Assembly (NCBI GenBank): GCA_965208575.1 | Contig: CBDBOV010000004.1 | Location: 800,001 to 864,000, forward strand | DNA: 64,000 bases | Reading direction: 5' to 3' | Source of the DNA: Spirochaetia bacterium | GTDB taxonomy: Bacteria; Spirochaetota; Spirochaetia; SZUA-6; Bin103 | Shown here: one piece after another, positions 19,355-28,287 of the stretch | Layout: each line of letters begins with the position of its first letter | How positions within the stretch are numbered: position 1 is the stretch's first letter | Position numbers and translations under genes: made by a program | Notes under the pieces: generated by a model | What the model saw: only the letters and a program-made list of their open reading frames with translations | Database searches by the model: none | What the model was told of the DNA's origin: nothing

Positions 19355-20905
19355 TCACTTGCGGTCGCGCCAGGGATCGTAGTCCGGGTCGGGCGCCTCG
19401 GCGGGCGGGCGTTCAGCCTCGGGCACATGCCGCAGATTGACGCGAATCCGCGTCCAGGTGGAGGAACGCCCGCGCATCGCGTCGGTCAGCACGTCCGCGG
19501 CCTGCAGATGTCTTGCCGCTTCCGGGTGGCGCTGCTTCCACCGGTCCAGGCCGGCAAGCGCCCCGGCCTCGGTGCGCGCCTTGGCGACCACGATCAGCGG
19601 CATCTTCGAGCGCCGCCGCCCGGGAGCCGGCGCTGCCGAACTGGCCGATGCAGCGGGAGCGGCTTCGGAAGTGGGCGTCGACGAGGCCGCCGGGAACGCC
19701 GGCGCGGCTGCCGCAGGAGCAGCCGCCGGCGCAGCCGGCGAAACCGGTGCGGCCGCCGTGTCGATGGTTCCCGTCGCAGCGGGGCTCCCCGCCGTGCCGG
19801 ACGCGGCCGCCGGTGATGCCGGCGCCTCCGGCGAGGGACCGGCTGCCGGAGCAACCTCCGCACTTCGTGCCACGCCGGATTCGGAAGCGGCAGGGTCGGC
19901 GGCCCGCGACGGCGCCACCCGTTTCGGTTCGCCGCGCCGGCGGCGGAAGTGGGGCGGCCACGGTGCGTCGCCGCCGAGGCCCTCCGCCTCGTGGCGCTTC
20001 GCCAGCTCCAGCAGGCCGGCGAGACTGCCGGGGCTGGCATCGAGGCCGGCAGCGAGGTCGCCGCGCGCGGCGAGCCGGGCGGGCATCGAGCGGATCGTGA
20101 AGTCGGCCGGCTCGCATTCGGGCACCTCGTCCCAGGTCAGCGGCGCGGACACGCGCGCCTCCGGCAGCGGGCGCACCGAGTAGGCGGCGGCCACGGTGCG
20201 GTCCTTGGCGTTCTGGTTGTAGTCCAGGAACACCCCTTCGCGCTCCTCCTTCCACCACTTGCTGGTCGCCCGCCCGGGTGCGCGCCGCTCCACCTCGCGC
20301 GACACCGCCAGCGCCGCCCGCCGCACCTCGCCGAACCCCCACTCGCGGTGCAGCCGGACGTACACGTGCAGGCCGCGCGAGCCGGTGGTCTTCGGCCAGC
20401 CGGTCAGTTCGTGCTCGGCCAGCACCTCGCGCACGACCTGCGCCACCTCGCGCACCGTCTGCCAGCTCACGCCGGGCCCCGGGTCCAGGTCGATGCGTAG
20501 CTCGTCCGGGTGATCGAGATCGTCCTCGCGCACCGGGTGGGGGTGCAGGTCGATGTTGCCCAGGTTGGTGATCCACACCAGTTGCGCGCGCTCGCTGATT
20601 ACCAGTTCGTGCGCGGTGCGCCCGGAGGGGAATGTCAGTTCCACGGTGCGCACCCAATCGGGCCGCTTCGCGGGAGCACGCTTCTGGTAGAACCCCTCGC
20701 CCTCGATTCCGTTCACGTAGCGCTTCAGCACCAGCGGGCGCCGCCCGATGGCACGCAGCGCGCCATCGGCCACGGCCAGGTAGTAGCTCACCAGGTCAAG
20801 CTTGGTCACGCCGACGGCCGGGAAATACACCTTGTGCGGATTGGTCACCCGCACCTCGCGCCCGTCAATGTCGAGTAACTCGGCAGCCGCAGCCTTCGCC
20901 GCCAT
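19355..20905 (-). CDS. LigD-Pol-type primase-polymerase (Prim-PolD/PolD2-like) with Ala/Pro linker and C-terminal domain
   Basis: TNPHKVYFP, TKLDL, FYQKRAP, DELRIDLDP, KTTGSRGLH, DYNQNAKDRT..AAYSVR; C-terminal MRGRSSTWTRIRVNL..VP. Confidence 0.88.
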   Translation of the reverse strand: MAAKAAAAELLDIDGREVRVTNPHKVYFPAVGVTKLDLVSYYLAVADGALRAIGRRPLVLKRYVNGIEGEGFYQKRAPAKRPDWVRTVELTFPSGRTAHELVISERAQLVWITNLGNIDLHPHPVREDDLDHPDELRIDLDPGPGVSWQTVREVAQVVREVLAEHELTGWPKTTGSRGLHVYVRLHREWGFGEVRRAALAVSREVERRAPGRATSKWWKEEREGVFLDYNQNAKDRTVAAAYSVRPLPEARVSAPLTWDEVPECEPADFTIRSMPARLAARGDLAAGLDASPGSLAGLLELAKRHEAEGLGGDAPWPPHFRRRRGEPKRVAPSRAADPAASESGVARSAEVAPAAGPSPEAPASPAAASGTAGSPAATGTIDTAAAPVSPAAPAAAPAAAAPAFPAASSTPTSEAAPAASASSAAPAPGRRRSKMPLIVVAKARTEAGALAGLDRWKQRHPEAARHLQAADVLTDAMRGRSSTWTRIRVNLRHVPEAERPPAEAPDPDYDPWRDRK

Positions 20906-21063
20906 CGTGTCCCCCCTGCTACCAGTTTCGGCACCACGGTCCGGCGCCGCAAGCGGCTGAACCGGTGGACATCGTCACCTGTGGAACGTGGTCGCAGGTA
21001 GCCACATGACAATGCGGCCCGGCGGTACAGAACTATCCCGGGCGATCGCCCGCGCGTCCGCCC

Positions 21064-21092
21064 TTGTCGCGTCTCGGTCATGCGCATAGGGT
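21064..21092 (+). promoter_or_regulatory. Putative promoter for a leaderless polX mRNA
   Basis: TTGTCG-N17-TAGGGT-N6-ATG(21099), no SD. Confidence 0.5.
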
Positions 21093-21098
21093 TGCGTC

Positions 21099-22883
21099 AT
21101 GGCCGGCACGCCCAACCCGCCTCGCCCCGGCACCAGGCTGCAGATGCACGAGCTGGTCGCGCACCTCGACGAGTTGCGGCGGCTGACCATTCTCGACGAC
21201 CAGAACCCGCAGTCGTTCCGGGCGCGCGCCTACGAACGCGCGGTGCGCCGGCTGCGCGACAGCGATGAGGATCTGACCGCGCTGTCGGAGGCGGAACTGC
21301 TGCGGCGGGACGGCATCGGCAAGGCGATTGCCGCCAAGATGCGCGAGTTCTTCGACACCGGACATATCGCCAAGCTGGAGACGCTGCGCGAGCGGTTTCC
21401 TCCGGCGGTGCAGCAGCTCGCACAGATACCGGGGGTCGGTCCCAAGACCCTCGCCCGCCTGCGCGCCGAACTGGGCATCGAGAGTATCGATGCGCTGCGA
21501 GCCGCCGTCGAGCAGGGAGCGCTGCGAAACGTTGCCGGGCTGGGCAACAAGAGCGAGCAAATGCTGCGCCGCGGGCTGCAGCGCGTCGGGGCGGCCGGCA
21601 AGAATCGGCGCCAGCCGATCGCCCGCGTGCTGCCGGAGGCCGAGCTGCTGGTCGGGGAGCTGGCGGAACTGCCGAGTGTGGCGGCCGCCAGCTACTGCGG
21701 CAGCCTGCGCCGGCTGCGGTCCACGATCGCCGACCTCGACATCCTGGTGGCGGCAACCGACCCGCATCCGGTGATGGCGCATGCCGCCGCCCTGCCGGTG
21801 ATTGATGCGTCGCGGCCGGCGCACGGCGGCGACACGCGCGCCGCGCTGACCACGCGGCGCGGGCTGCACGTCGACCTGCGCGTGGTGGCGCCCGATCAAT
21901 ACGGCGCCGGCGCGCTCTACTTTACCGGATCGCAGGCGCACAACATCAGGCTGCGCGGGCTGGCCGCGGCGCGCGGCTGGCTGCTGAACGAGTACGGCCT
22001 GTGGAACGAGCGGCGCGAACTGATCGCCGCCGACACCGAGGAGGCGATCTACGCCGCGCTTGGCCTGCCGCTCATCGCGCCGACCTTGCGCGAGGACCGC
22101 GGCGAGATCGAGGCGGCGCAGCGCGGAGAGCTGCCGGCGCCGGTGACCGTGGCCGACCTGCGCGGCGACCTGCACCTGCATACCGATGCCTCCGGCGACG
22201 GGCGCAGCACCCTTGAGGAGATGGTAGCCGCGGCCGCGCGGCGCGATTTCTCGTACCTCGCGATAACCGACCACGGCGAGGACAGCATGAACGGAGTCAA
22301 CCGGGAACGGCTGCTGGCCCAGCGCGCGGCGCTGCGCAAACTGGACGCCGCCCACCCTCGCCTGCGCCTGCTGCACGGCGTGGAGTTGAACATCGGCCCG
22401 AACGGCTCGCTCGACTACGACGCCGCCTTCCGGGCGTCGTTCGATTGGTGCGTGGCGGCCGTGCACTCCGCCTTCGACCTGGACCGCGCCGCGCAGACGC
22501 GGCGCATCATCGCCGCCATGGAAGATCCGTCCGTGAACGTGATAGGCCACCTGTGCGGACGCATGATCGGACGCCGGCCCGGCATCGAACTGGACATCGA
22601 CGCCATCTTGGCCGCGGCGGCGCGCACCGGCACCGCGATCGAGGTCAACAGCAGCCTGAGCCGCCTCGACGCCGCCGCGGACACCTTGCGCAGGGCGCGC
22701 GCCCTGCCGGTGACCATCGTCGTGAACAGCGACGCCCACCACCAGCGCGAGTTCGACCGGCTGCGCTGGGGAGTGCTGCACGCCCAGCGCGGCTGGGTGG
22801 ACCGCGAACGCATCGCCAATACCTGGCCCGCGGAACGGTTCCTGACCTGGGCGGCGCACGCGAGAAGCGCGGCGCCAGCGTAG
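21099..22883 (+). CDS. polX: DNA polymerase X family with C-terminal PHP domain
   Basis: HhH motifs GIG/GVG/GLG; GSLRR..TIADLDIL; VDLRVV; YFTGS..HN; PHP HLHT, TDH, DAH. Confidence 0.93.
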   Translation: MAGTPNPPRPGTRLQMHELVAHLDELRRLTILDDQNPQSFRARAYERAVRRLRDSDEDLTALSEAELLRRDGIGKAIAAKMREFFDTGHIAKLETLRERFPPAVQQLAQIPGVGPKTLARLRAELGIESIDALRAAVEQGALRNVAGLGNKSEQMLRRGLQRVGAAGKNRRQPIARVLPEAELLVGELAELPSVAAASYCGSLRRLRSTIADLDILVAATDPHPVMAHAAALPVIDASRPAHGGDTRAALTTRRGLHVDLRVVAPDQYGAGALYFTGSQAHNIRLRGLAAARGWLLNEYGLWNERRELIAADTEEAIYAALGLPLIAPTLREDRGEIEAAQRGELPAPVTVADLRGDLHLHTDASGDGRSTLEEMVAAAARRDFSYLAITDHGEDSMNGVNRERLLAQRAALRKLDAAHPRLRLLHGVELNIGPNGSLDYDAAFRASFDWCVAAVHSAFDLDRAAQTRRIIAAMEDPSVNVIGHLCGRMIGRRPGIELDIDAILAAAARTGTAIEVNSSLSRLDAAADTLRRARALPVTIVVNSDAHHQREFDRLRWGVLHAQRGWVDRERIANTWPAERFLTWAAHARSAAPA

Positions 22884-23017
22884 CGACAACGCAGCCGGTG
22901 CGAGCTTGTCCAGGGTGGCGAAGTCAACCCCATCGAGCGCGTCGCGAACCTTGAGGGCGCGCGGCAGGTGCTCGACCATGAGCGGGAAGGCGACCCGGCA
23001 CAAGGATCGGCTGGCCG

Positions 23018-24667
23018 TCAGGCGTCGGCGGCCTCGAAGGCCGTGACGTTGCGGGTGGCGCGGCTGAACTCGACGCCCACGAGATGGATCGGCTCGCCTC
23101 GGGCGCGGTACTTGTCGGCGTAGCGGCGCTCCCTTAACTGCGCGAGCGCCGATCCCGGCGGCGCCATCTCCGCCACCTTGAACTCGAACAGGTACACGTG
23201 GCCGGCCGCGCGCACCGCCATGTCCAGCCGCCCATGGCTGCTCGACTCCTCCACCGCGATGTCGTAGCCGAGCGCGGCGAAGTAGGAGTAGAACACGCTC
23301 GCGTAGAAGCCTTCGTAGTCGGCGATGTCGTTGTTCGTGTACCAGTGATACGGGATGCTGGCGAAGAAGGCGCCGAACAGCTCCTTCAGGCCGGCGCAGT
23401 CGTGCGCCTCCAGCAGGCGCGCCAGGCGGATGCTGTTGGCGGTCTGTTGCGCCGTATCCTGCACCAGGTGGCACAGCAGTACCCGGTTCAAGCTCTGCCG
23501 CACCTCCCGGTTGGGATAGCCGAGCCGGTACAACGCCTCGCCGCCCAGCCGCTCTTCCGCGGTGATGGTCAGGTAGCCGGTCTGGAACAGCAGCGCCTCG
23601 GTGCCGATGCGGTCAGCGGCGGAGCGGCCGCCGACGTCGAACGCCGACAGCAACTCCGCCGGGCTCACCATGTCGTCCAGAGCCACCGACGACACGCGGC
23701 GTTCGAACAGGGTGTCCACCAGGAACGCCGGCGTTCCGGTCTCGAACCAGTGCGCGGCGAACTCGCCGCGGCGCAGCAGCAGCAGCACGTCGTAGGGGTT
23801 GTACACCTTCTCGGCGCCGCGCCAGCTATAGCCGTTATACCAGTCCCGCACCTGCTCCCGGTCCAGCCCGGCCATCTCCGGAGCGAACACCGTGTCCAGG
23901 TCTTGTTCCGTGTAGCCGCACACCGACGAGTACGGGGGATCGAGCGTGAGGTCGGTAAGGTTGTTCAGTTGCGAAAAGAGCGCCCCACCAGCGGCGCCTT
24001 CGGCTTCGCCGGTGGCCCATCCCGTCCTGCCGCCCGAGAGACTTCCACGGAAGTGTCTCGGGCGGTTGACCTTCGAGAACTTGCTGATGCCGGTCAGGAA
24101 CGTGAACCGCACGTGGGCGTCGTTGTCCTTGATCACGCCGTACAGGCCGCGCAGGTAGTCGCGGTTGGTGCGCGCCGCCTCGCGGTCCTCCAGCACGTCC
24201 AGGATCGGCTTGTCGTACTCGTCCACCAGCACCGCCACCCGCTGTCCGGTCTGCCGGTGCAGGGCTTCCAGCAGGTAGGCGAAGCGGCCGGCCGCCGTCA
24301 GGTACTCCGATTCCACCCCCAGGCGCCGTTCGGCGGCGGCGAGCTGCTCCATGACGTTCGCTTCCAGCGCGTCCGGTCCCGTGAAGCTGCCGCCGCCGAA
24401 GCTCAGCCGCACCACCGGATGGCGCTGCGACCAGTCGTGACCGGCGTGGATGTGCAGGCCCTCGAACAGCTCCTCGCTACCCTCGAACAGCTCCTTGAGC
24501 GTGTCCAGGAACAGGCTCTTGCCAAACCGGCGGGGACGCGACAGGAAGTAGTGCTTGCCTTCGCGGAGCAGCCGCTCCACGTAGGCGGTCTTGTCGACGT
24601 AGTAGCAGTCCTGCTCGCGCAGCTCGCGGAACGTCTGTATGCCGATCGGCAGCCTGCGTCTCGCCAC
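23018..24667 (-). CDS. AAA-ATPase-like protein with C-terminal PD-(D/E)xK nuclease domain
   Basis: LPIGIQTF, YYVDKT, SRPRRFGKS, VDEYDKP, WYNGY, YNPY, GRLDM..YLFEFK; TATGAT 6 nt before GTG. Confidence 0.92.
   Translation of the reverse strand: MARRRLPIGIQTFRELREQDCYYVDKTAYVERLLREGKHYFLSRPRRFGKSLFLDTLKELFEGSEELFEGLHIHAGHDWSQRHPVVRLSFGGGSFTGPDALEANVMEQLAAAERRLGVESEYLTAAGRFAYLLEALHRQTGQRVAVLVDEYDKPILDVLEDREAARTNRDYLRGLYGVIKDNDAHVRFTFLTGISKFSKVNRPRHFRGSLSGGRTGWATGEAEGAAGGALFSQLNNLTDLTLDPPYSSVCGYTEQDLDTVFAPEMAGLDREQVRDWYNGYSWRGAEKVYNPYDVLLLLRRGEFAAHWFETGTPAFLVDTLFERRVSSVALDDMVSPAELLSAFDVGGRSAADRIGTEALLFQTGYLTITAEERLGGEALYRLGYPNREVRQSLNRVLLCHLVQDTAQQTANSIRLARLLEAHDCAGLKELFGAFFASIPYHWYTNNDIADYEGFYASVFYSYFAALGYDIAVEESSSHGRLDMAVRAAGHVYLFEFKVAEMAPPGSALAQLRERRYADKYRARGEPIHLVGVEFSRATRNVTAFEAADA
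23981..24064. repeat. 84-bp in-frame insertion containing a 17-bp-arm palindrome
   Basis: CCGCCCGAGAGACTTCC-AC-GGAAGTGTCTCGGGCGG (24030-24065, 16/17 match); splits the SKFSKVx|LFSxLNNL motif. Confidence 0.8.
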
Positions 24668-24804
24668 CAGTTCATCATACCCGCATGGCGCAGTGACGCG
24701 AAACCGCGTCAGAACGCCAGCAAGCCACAGACCGACGGGCAAGAGGGTCATCGGTTGCCTCAAGGGTCGCCACGATCGCCGACGTGGCGCATAATCGCCC
24801 CGCG

Positions 24805-26052
24805 ATGGACAACGCCCCGATTCGGATTCCCACCCACGCCTGGTACGGCGACCGCGAGATGGAGTTGCCGTTTCCCGCGTCATGGCAGGTCGAGGAGTGC
24901 CGCATGGCCGGCCACGATGCACCCGCCCTCGACGACGATCAGCTCCGCGCGCAGCTCGGAACGCCGCTCGGCACCCCGCCCCTCCGCGATCTGGCGCAGG
25001 GACGCAAGCAGGCGGTGATCCTGTTCGACGACCTGACGAGGCCGGCGCCGACGTGGCGCATCCTGCCGATGGTGCTCGCCGAGTTGCACGCGGCCGGGTT
25101 CACCGACGATCGGATCCGCTTCGTGGGTGCGTTCGCCAACCACGCCGTGATGTCGCACGAGGACTTCGTCAAGAAGCTCGGCGCCGACGTGGTGCGCCGC
25201 TACCGGGTGTACAACCACAACCCGTTCGACCACCTGGTGGAGGTGGGCACCACCAGCCGCGGCACGCGCGTCGAGATCAACCGCGAGGTGATGGCGTGCG
25301 ACCTGCGCATCGGCGTCGGCGGCCTCATCCCGCACCTGGCGGCGGGCTTCGGCGGCGGCGCCAAGCTGGTGGTGCCGGGCGTGGCCGGGATTGCCACCGT
25401 GGACCACAACCACCGCGTCCTCGGCCGGCGCAGCGCCGCCGCCCGTGCCGCCGGCCCCGCCCGCCTGCTGGGCAACGTCGACGACAGCGTGGTGCGCCAG
25501 GACCTGGAAGAGGCGGTGGCGATGGTGGGCCTGGACTTCAAGGTCGACCTGCTGATCAACCAGCGCCGCGAGGTGGTGCAGGTGTTCGCCGGCCAGTTCA
25601 TGGAGCAGCACCGCGCCGGCGTGGCGGCCGCCAAGCGCCTCTACACCACCCCCCTGGCATCGGGGTGCGACGTCGCCGTGGTCAACACCTACCCGATCGA
25701 AAACCAGGCGGCCAAGGGCATCTGGCCCGCCGACCTGTCGCTGAAGGAGGGCGGCGTCGCCGTAGTGGTGTCGGAGAGCGTCGAGGGGCAGGCGCCCCAC
25801 TACCTGGTCGGCCGGTTCGGCAGCGACTACGGCGGGGCGATCTGGTCGCCGGTCAAGGAGAGCCCGATCCGCAAGGCGGCCCTGGTGCTGGTGTGCTCCC
25901 GCTACCAGTCACGGGTGGACCTGGACGTCTACGGGCCCGACGCGGTGGCGTGCCGCACCTGGAGCGAAGTACTGATTCACCTCACGCAACGCTATCCGCA
26001 CGGCGGCAGGGCGGCGGTGTACCCGTACGCGGCGATTCAACTGCCGGGGTAG
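24805..26052 (+). CDS. Lactate racemase (LarA/DUF2088) family protein
   Basis: PLGTPPL, FDDLTRP, GTTSRGT, PHLAAGFGGGAK. Confidence 0.88.
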   Translation: MDNAPIRIPTHAWYGDREMELPFPASWQVEECRMAGHDAPALDDDQLRAQLGTPLGTPPLRDLAQGRKQAVILFDDLTRPAPTWRILPMVLAELHAAGFTDDRIRFVGAFANHAVMSHEDFVKKLGADVVRRYRVYNHNPFDHLVEVGTTSRGTRVEINREVMACDLRIGVGGLIPHLAAGFGGGAKLVVPGVAGIATVDHNHRVLGRRSAAARAAGPARLLGNVDDSVVRQDLEEAVAMVGLDFKVDLLINQRREVVQVFAGQFMEQHRAGVAAAKRLYTTPLASGCDVAVVNTYPIENQAAKGIWPADLSLKEGGVAVVVSESVEGQAPHYLVGRFGSDYGGAIWSPVKESPIRKAALVLVCSRYQSRVDLDVYGPDAVACRTWSEVLIHLTQRYPHGGRAAVYPYAAIQLPG

Positions 26053-26062
26053 CGGGCGGGAA

Positions 26063-26134
26063 AGCGAGCGAAGGGAATCGAACCCTCGTCACGAGCTTGG
26101 GAAGCTCGGGTAATAACCATTATACGACGCTCGC
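26063..26134 (-). tRNA. tRNA-Gly (CCC)
   Basis: Cloverleaf GCGAGCG...CGCTCGCT; anticodon arm CGAGC-TTCCCAA-GCTCG; GGTTCGATTCC T-loop; no encoded CCA. Confidence 0.96.
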
Positions 26135-26262
26135 CGGACTTCCCCCCACCCTAACCCACACCAACCGAGCCTGTCCACCCCTCGACCGAACAAACCAAAC
26201 ACGCGAGGTTGCCTCACTGCCTCACCGCATCGCGTTGACCGGATCGCGCCCACATGACAAAC

Positions 26263-26282
26263 TATGTCGCAAATGCGATACA
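26263..26282 (+). promoter_or_regulatory. Putative TA operator palindrome
   Basis: TATGTCGCA-AA-TGCGATACA imperfect inverted repeat just upstream of the antitoxin start. Confidence 0.5.
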
Positions 26283-26292
26283 GGATGCTGGG

Positions 26293-26574
26293 ATGAAGAC
26301 ACAGAGTTCGATGCTGCACGTCCGTATGGACACCGAGATGAAGCGGAAGGCGACGACCGCGCTCGCGGCGATGGGTCTGACTCCCTCCGAGGCCGTACGG
26401 TTGCTCTTCCATCGCATCGCGGTCGATCAGGCCTTTCCGCTCGAACTCAAGGTGCCGAACGCGCCAACCCGCGCTGCCATGGCCGAGGTAGACGAGATGG
26501 TGAAGACGCGCACGGCGCGATTCGCGAGCGCGGACAAGATGTTCGCGGAACTTGAAGAAGCCGACGGCCGGTAA
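26293..26574 (+). CDS. RelB/DinJ family antitoxin
   Basis: LHVRMDTEMK..A...L..MGLTPSEAVRL.....A....FPLELKVPNA.TRAAM. Confidence 0.9.
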   Translation: MKTQSSMLHVRMDTEMKRKATTALAAMGLTPSEAVRLLFHRIAVDQAFPLELKVPNAPTRAAMAEVDEMVKTRTARFASADKMFAELEEADGR

Positions 26575-26878
26575 ACGAGCCACCCTGCCGCGCCGGGCTG
26601 ACTACGCCCGACAATTCCTCAAGGACTGGCAACGGCTCTCGCGTTCCGGCCGCTCCGACATGAATCGCCTGAAGGCGGTCATGCTCCTTCTCATCGCCAA
26701 CGAGACGCCGCTCGGTCCCGAACGGAGAGATCACGCGCTCAGAGGCTCGTGGGCGCGCTACCGGGAGTGCCATGTCGGTGGCGATTTCCTTCTGACCTAT
26801 CGCCTCGACGACACGAGCGGGCCGAGCGGGTCCATCCACTTCGCCCGCGTCGGCACCCATGCCGAACTGTTCGAATGA
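26552..26878 (+). CDS. YafQ/RelE family toxin
   Basis: QFLKDW, DHALRG.W..YRECHVGGDFLL.Y, RVGTHAELF. Confidence 0.9.
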   Translation: MKKPTAGKRATLPRRADYARQFLKDWQRLSRSGRSDMNRLKAVMLLLIANETPLGPERRDHALRGSWARYRECHVGGDFLLTYRLDDTSGPSGSIHFARVGTHAELFE

Positions 26879-27007
26879 CCACGTGGCCGGACATCGCGCC
26901 GGCGGACATCCAGAGGCTCTGGCGTACCGCGCTCGGTCAGTTGGCGGCTCCGTCGTGCGCGCGGCGCGGGTAGATGCGGCACGCCGTTTCGGCGGATTCT
27001 GTCGGCC

Positions 27008-27271
27008 ATGGAAGCGCGATTGCTCCTCGACGTGGCGGGCTGGATCGGCATGGCCGGACTGCTGTCCGCCTACTGGCTGGTATCGACGAACCGGGTGCGC
27101 GGCACCTCGCGCCTGTACCAGACGCTGAACGTGATCGGCGCCGGCGGCCTGCTGGCCAACACCTTCTACTACCGCGCCTACCCCGCCGCGGCACTGAATT
27201 CCGTGTGGCTGGCCATCGCGGTCATCGCCTACGTCCGCGCGGTCGTGCGCCGCCGCGGCGGCCTGACCTGA
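27008..27271 (+). CDS. Small membrane protein (CBU_0592-like)
   Basis: Three TM segments; GWIG....L.AY, YQTLN.IGA, LNSVW. Confidence 0.75.
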   Translation: MEARLLLDVAGWIGMAGLLSAYWLVSTNRVRGTSRLYQTLNVIGAGGLLANTFYYRAYPAAALNSVWLAIAVIAYVRAVVRRRGGLT

Positions 27272-27309
27272 GCAAACGAGGATGGGGCCGGCAGCGGCGA
27301 TTCCGGGTG

Positions 27310-28287
27310 CTACCGGGTCGGCTGGGTCAGGATCTCGTCACCGAACATCGACAGCACGAGTTGCCCGTCTTCCGGCTCCACGTACGGAATGGCGATCGGG
27401 CCGCCGGGGTGCTTGGTTTCCAATATTGTGCGCGTCTCGCCCGGAGTGATCACCTCCAGCTTCAGGTCGACCAGGATGGGATAGTCCGGCAGCGTAGACT
27501 CCACGAGGCCGAACACCATCCCCTCCTCGACCTCGCCGGGCACCGTCATCTCCAGTTGCACGATGGAGCTGTAGGGTATCTCCTGGCCCGCCGGCGGCGA
27601 CTGCGAGACGATGCTGCCGGGCGGGTCGCCGTCGCGGGCCGCCCGCATTCGGAACACGAACGGCAGGTTGAGCGCGGCCAGCTCGTCGCGCACCTCCAGT
27701 GCCGGCCGTCCCACGTAGTTGCCCAGTTCGATCAGGTCTCCGCCCGGCCCCTTGCTCACCACCAGTTCCAGCATCGTCTCGCCAACCACCGGCGTATCGG
27801 CGGGCGGGTTCTGCACCAGGATGGTGCCCGCGGGCGCGGGGTCGGTGATCCGGGCCACCGGTTCGCGAATCTTGATCAGCGCCCGATAGGAGGCGAACGC
27901 GGTCTGCAGTTCCAGGCGCACCTCCTCCAGGTCGCGCCCGACGTAGTGGCCGACCCGGTCGATGATGGGACCCCGGCTGACCACCAGCAGCACGGGCCGG
28001 CCCGCCTTCACCAGCGTCCCCGCCTGCGGATCCTGTTCGATTACCTGCCACTTCGGGTGATCGGAGGAAAACCGCCCCTCCACCCGCGGCGCCAACGCCT
28101 TCTCCTGCAGCAACACCAGCGCATTGAGCAGGTCGGCGGCGATCACGTCGGGCACCAGGGTCTGCTCCTCGCCCCGCACCACGACGAAGAACGCTACCAG
28201 TCCGCTGGCCACCAGCAGCGCGCAGACGGCAACGGGGAACAGGAACCCGCCGCGACCGGAACGGCGGCGCTCCGGTGCGCTACTCAC
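27310..28287 (-). CDS. PASTA domain-containing membrane protein
   Basis: N-terminal TM; three PASTA-like repeats (VIEQDP.AG, ILVQNPP, IVSQSPP); GTG overlaps the fmt stop. Confidence 0.85.
   Translation of the reverse strand: MSSAPERRRSGRGGFLFPVAVCALLVASGLVAFFVVVRGEEQTLVPDVIAADLLNALVLLQEKALAPRVEGRFSSDHPKWQVIEQDPQAGTLVKAGRPVLLVVSRGPIIDRVGHYVGRDLEEVRLELQTAFASYRALIKIREPVARITDPAPAGTILVQNPPADTPVVGETMLELVVSKGPGGDLIELGNYVGRPALEVRDELAALNLPFVFRMRAARDGDPPGSIVSQSPPAGQEIPYSSIVQLEMTVPGEVEEGMVFGLVESTLPDYPILVDLKLEVITPGETRTILETKHPGGPIAIPYVEPEDGQLVLSMFGDEILTQPTR

Noticed and set aside
26063-26878. Integrative element at tRNA-Gly marked by the TA pair
   Set aside because: No integrase and no duplicated tRNA 3' end found; the TA genes lie on the 5' side of the tRNA
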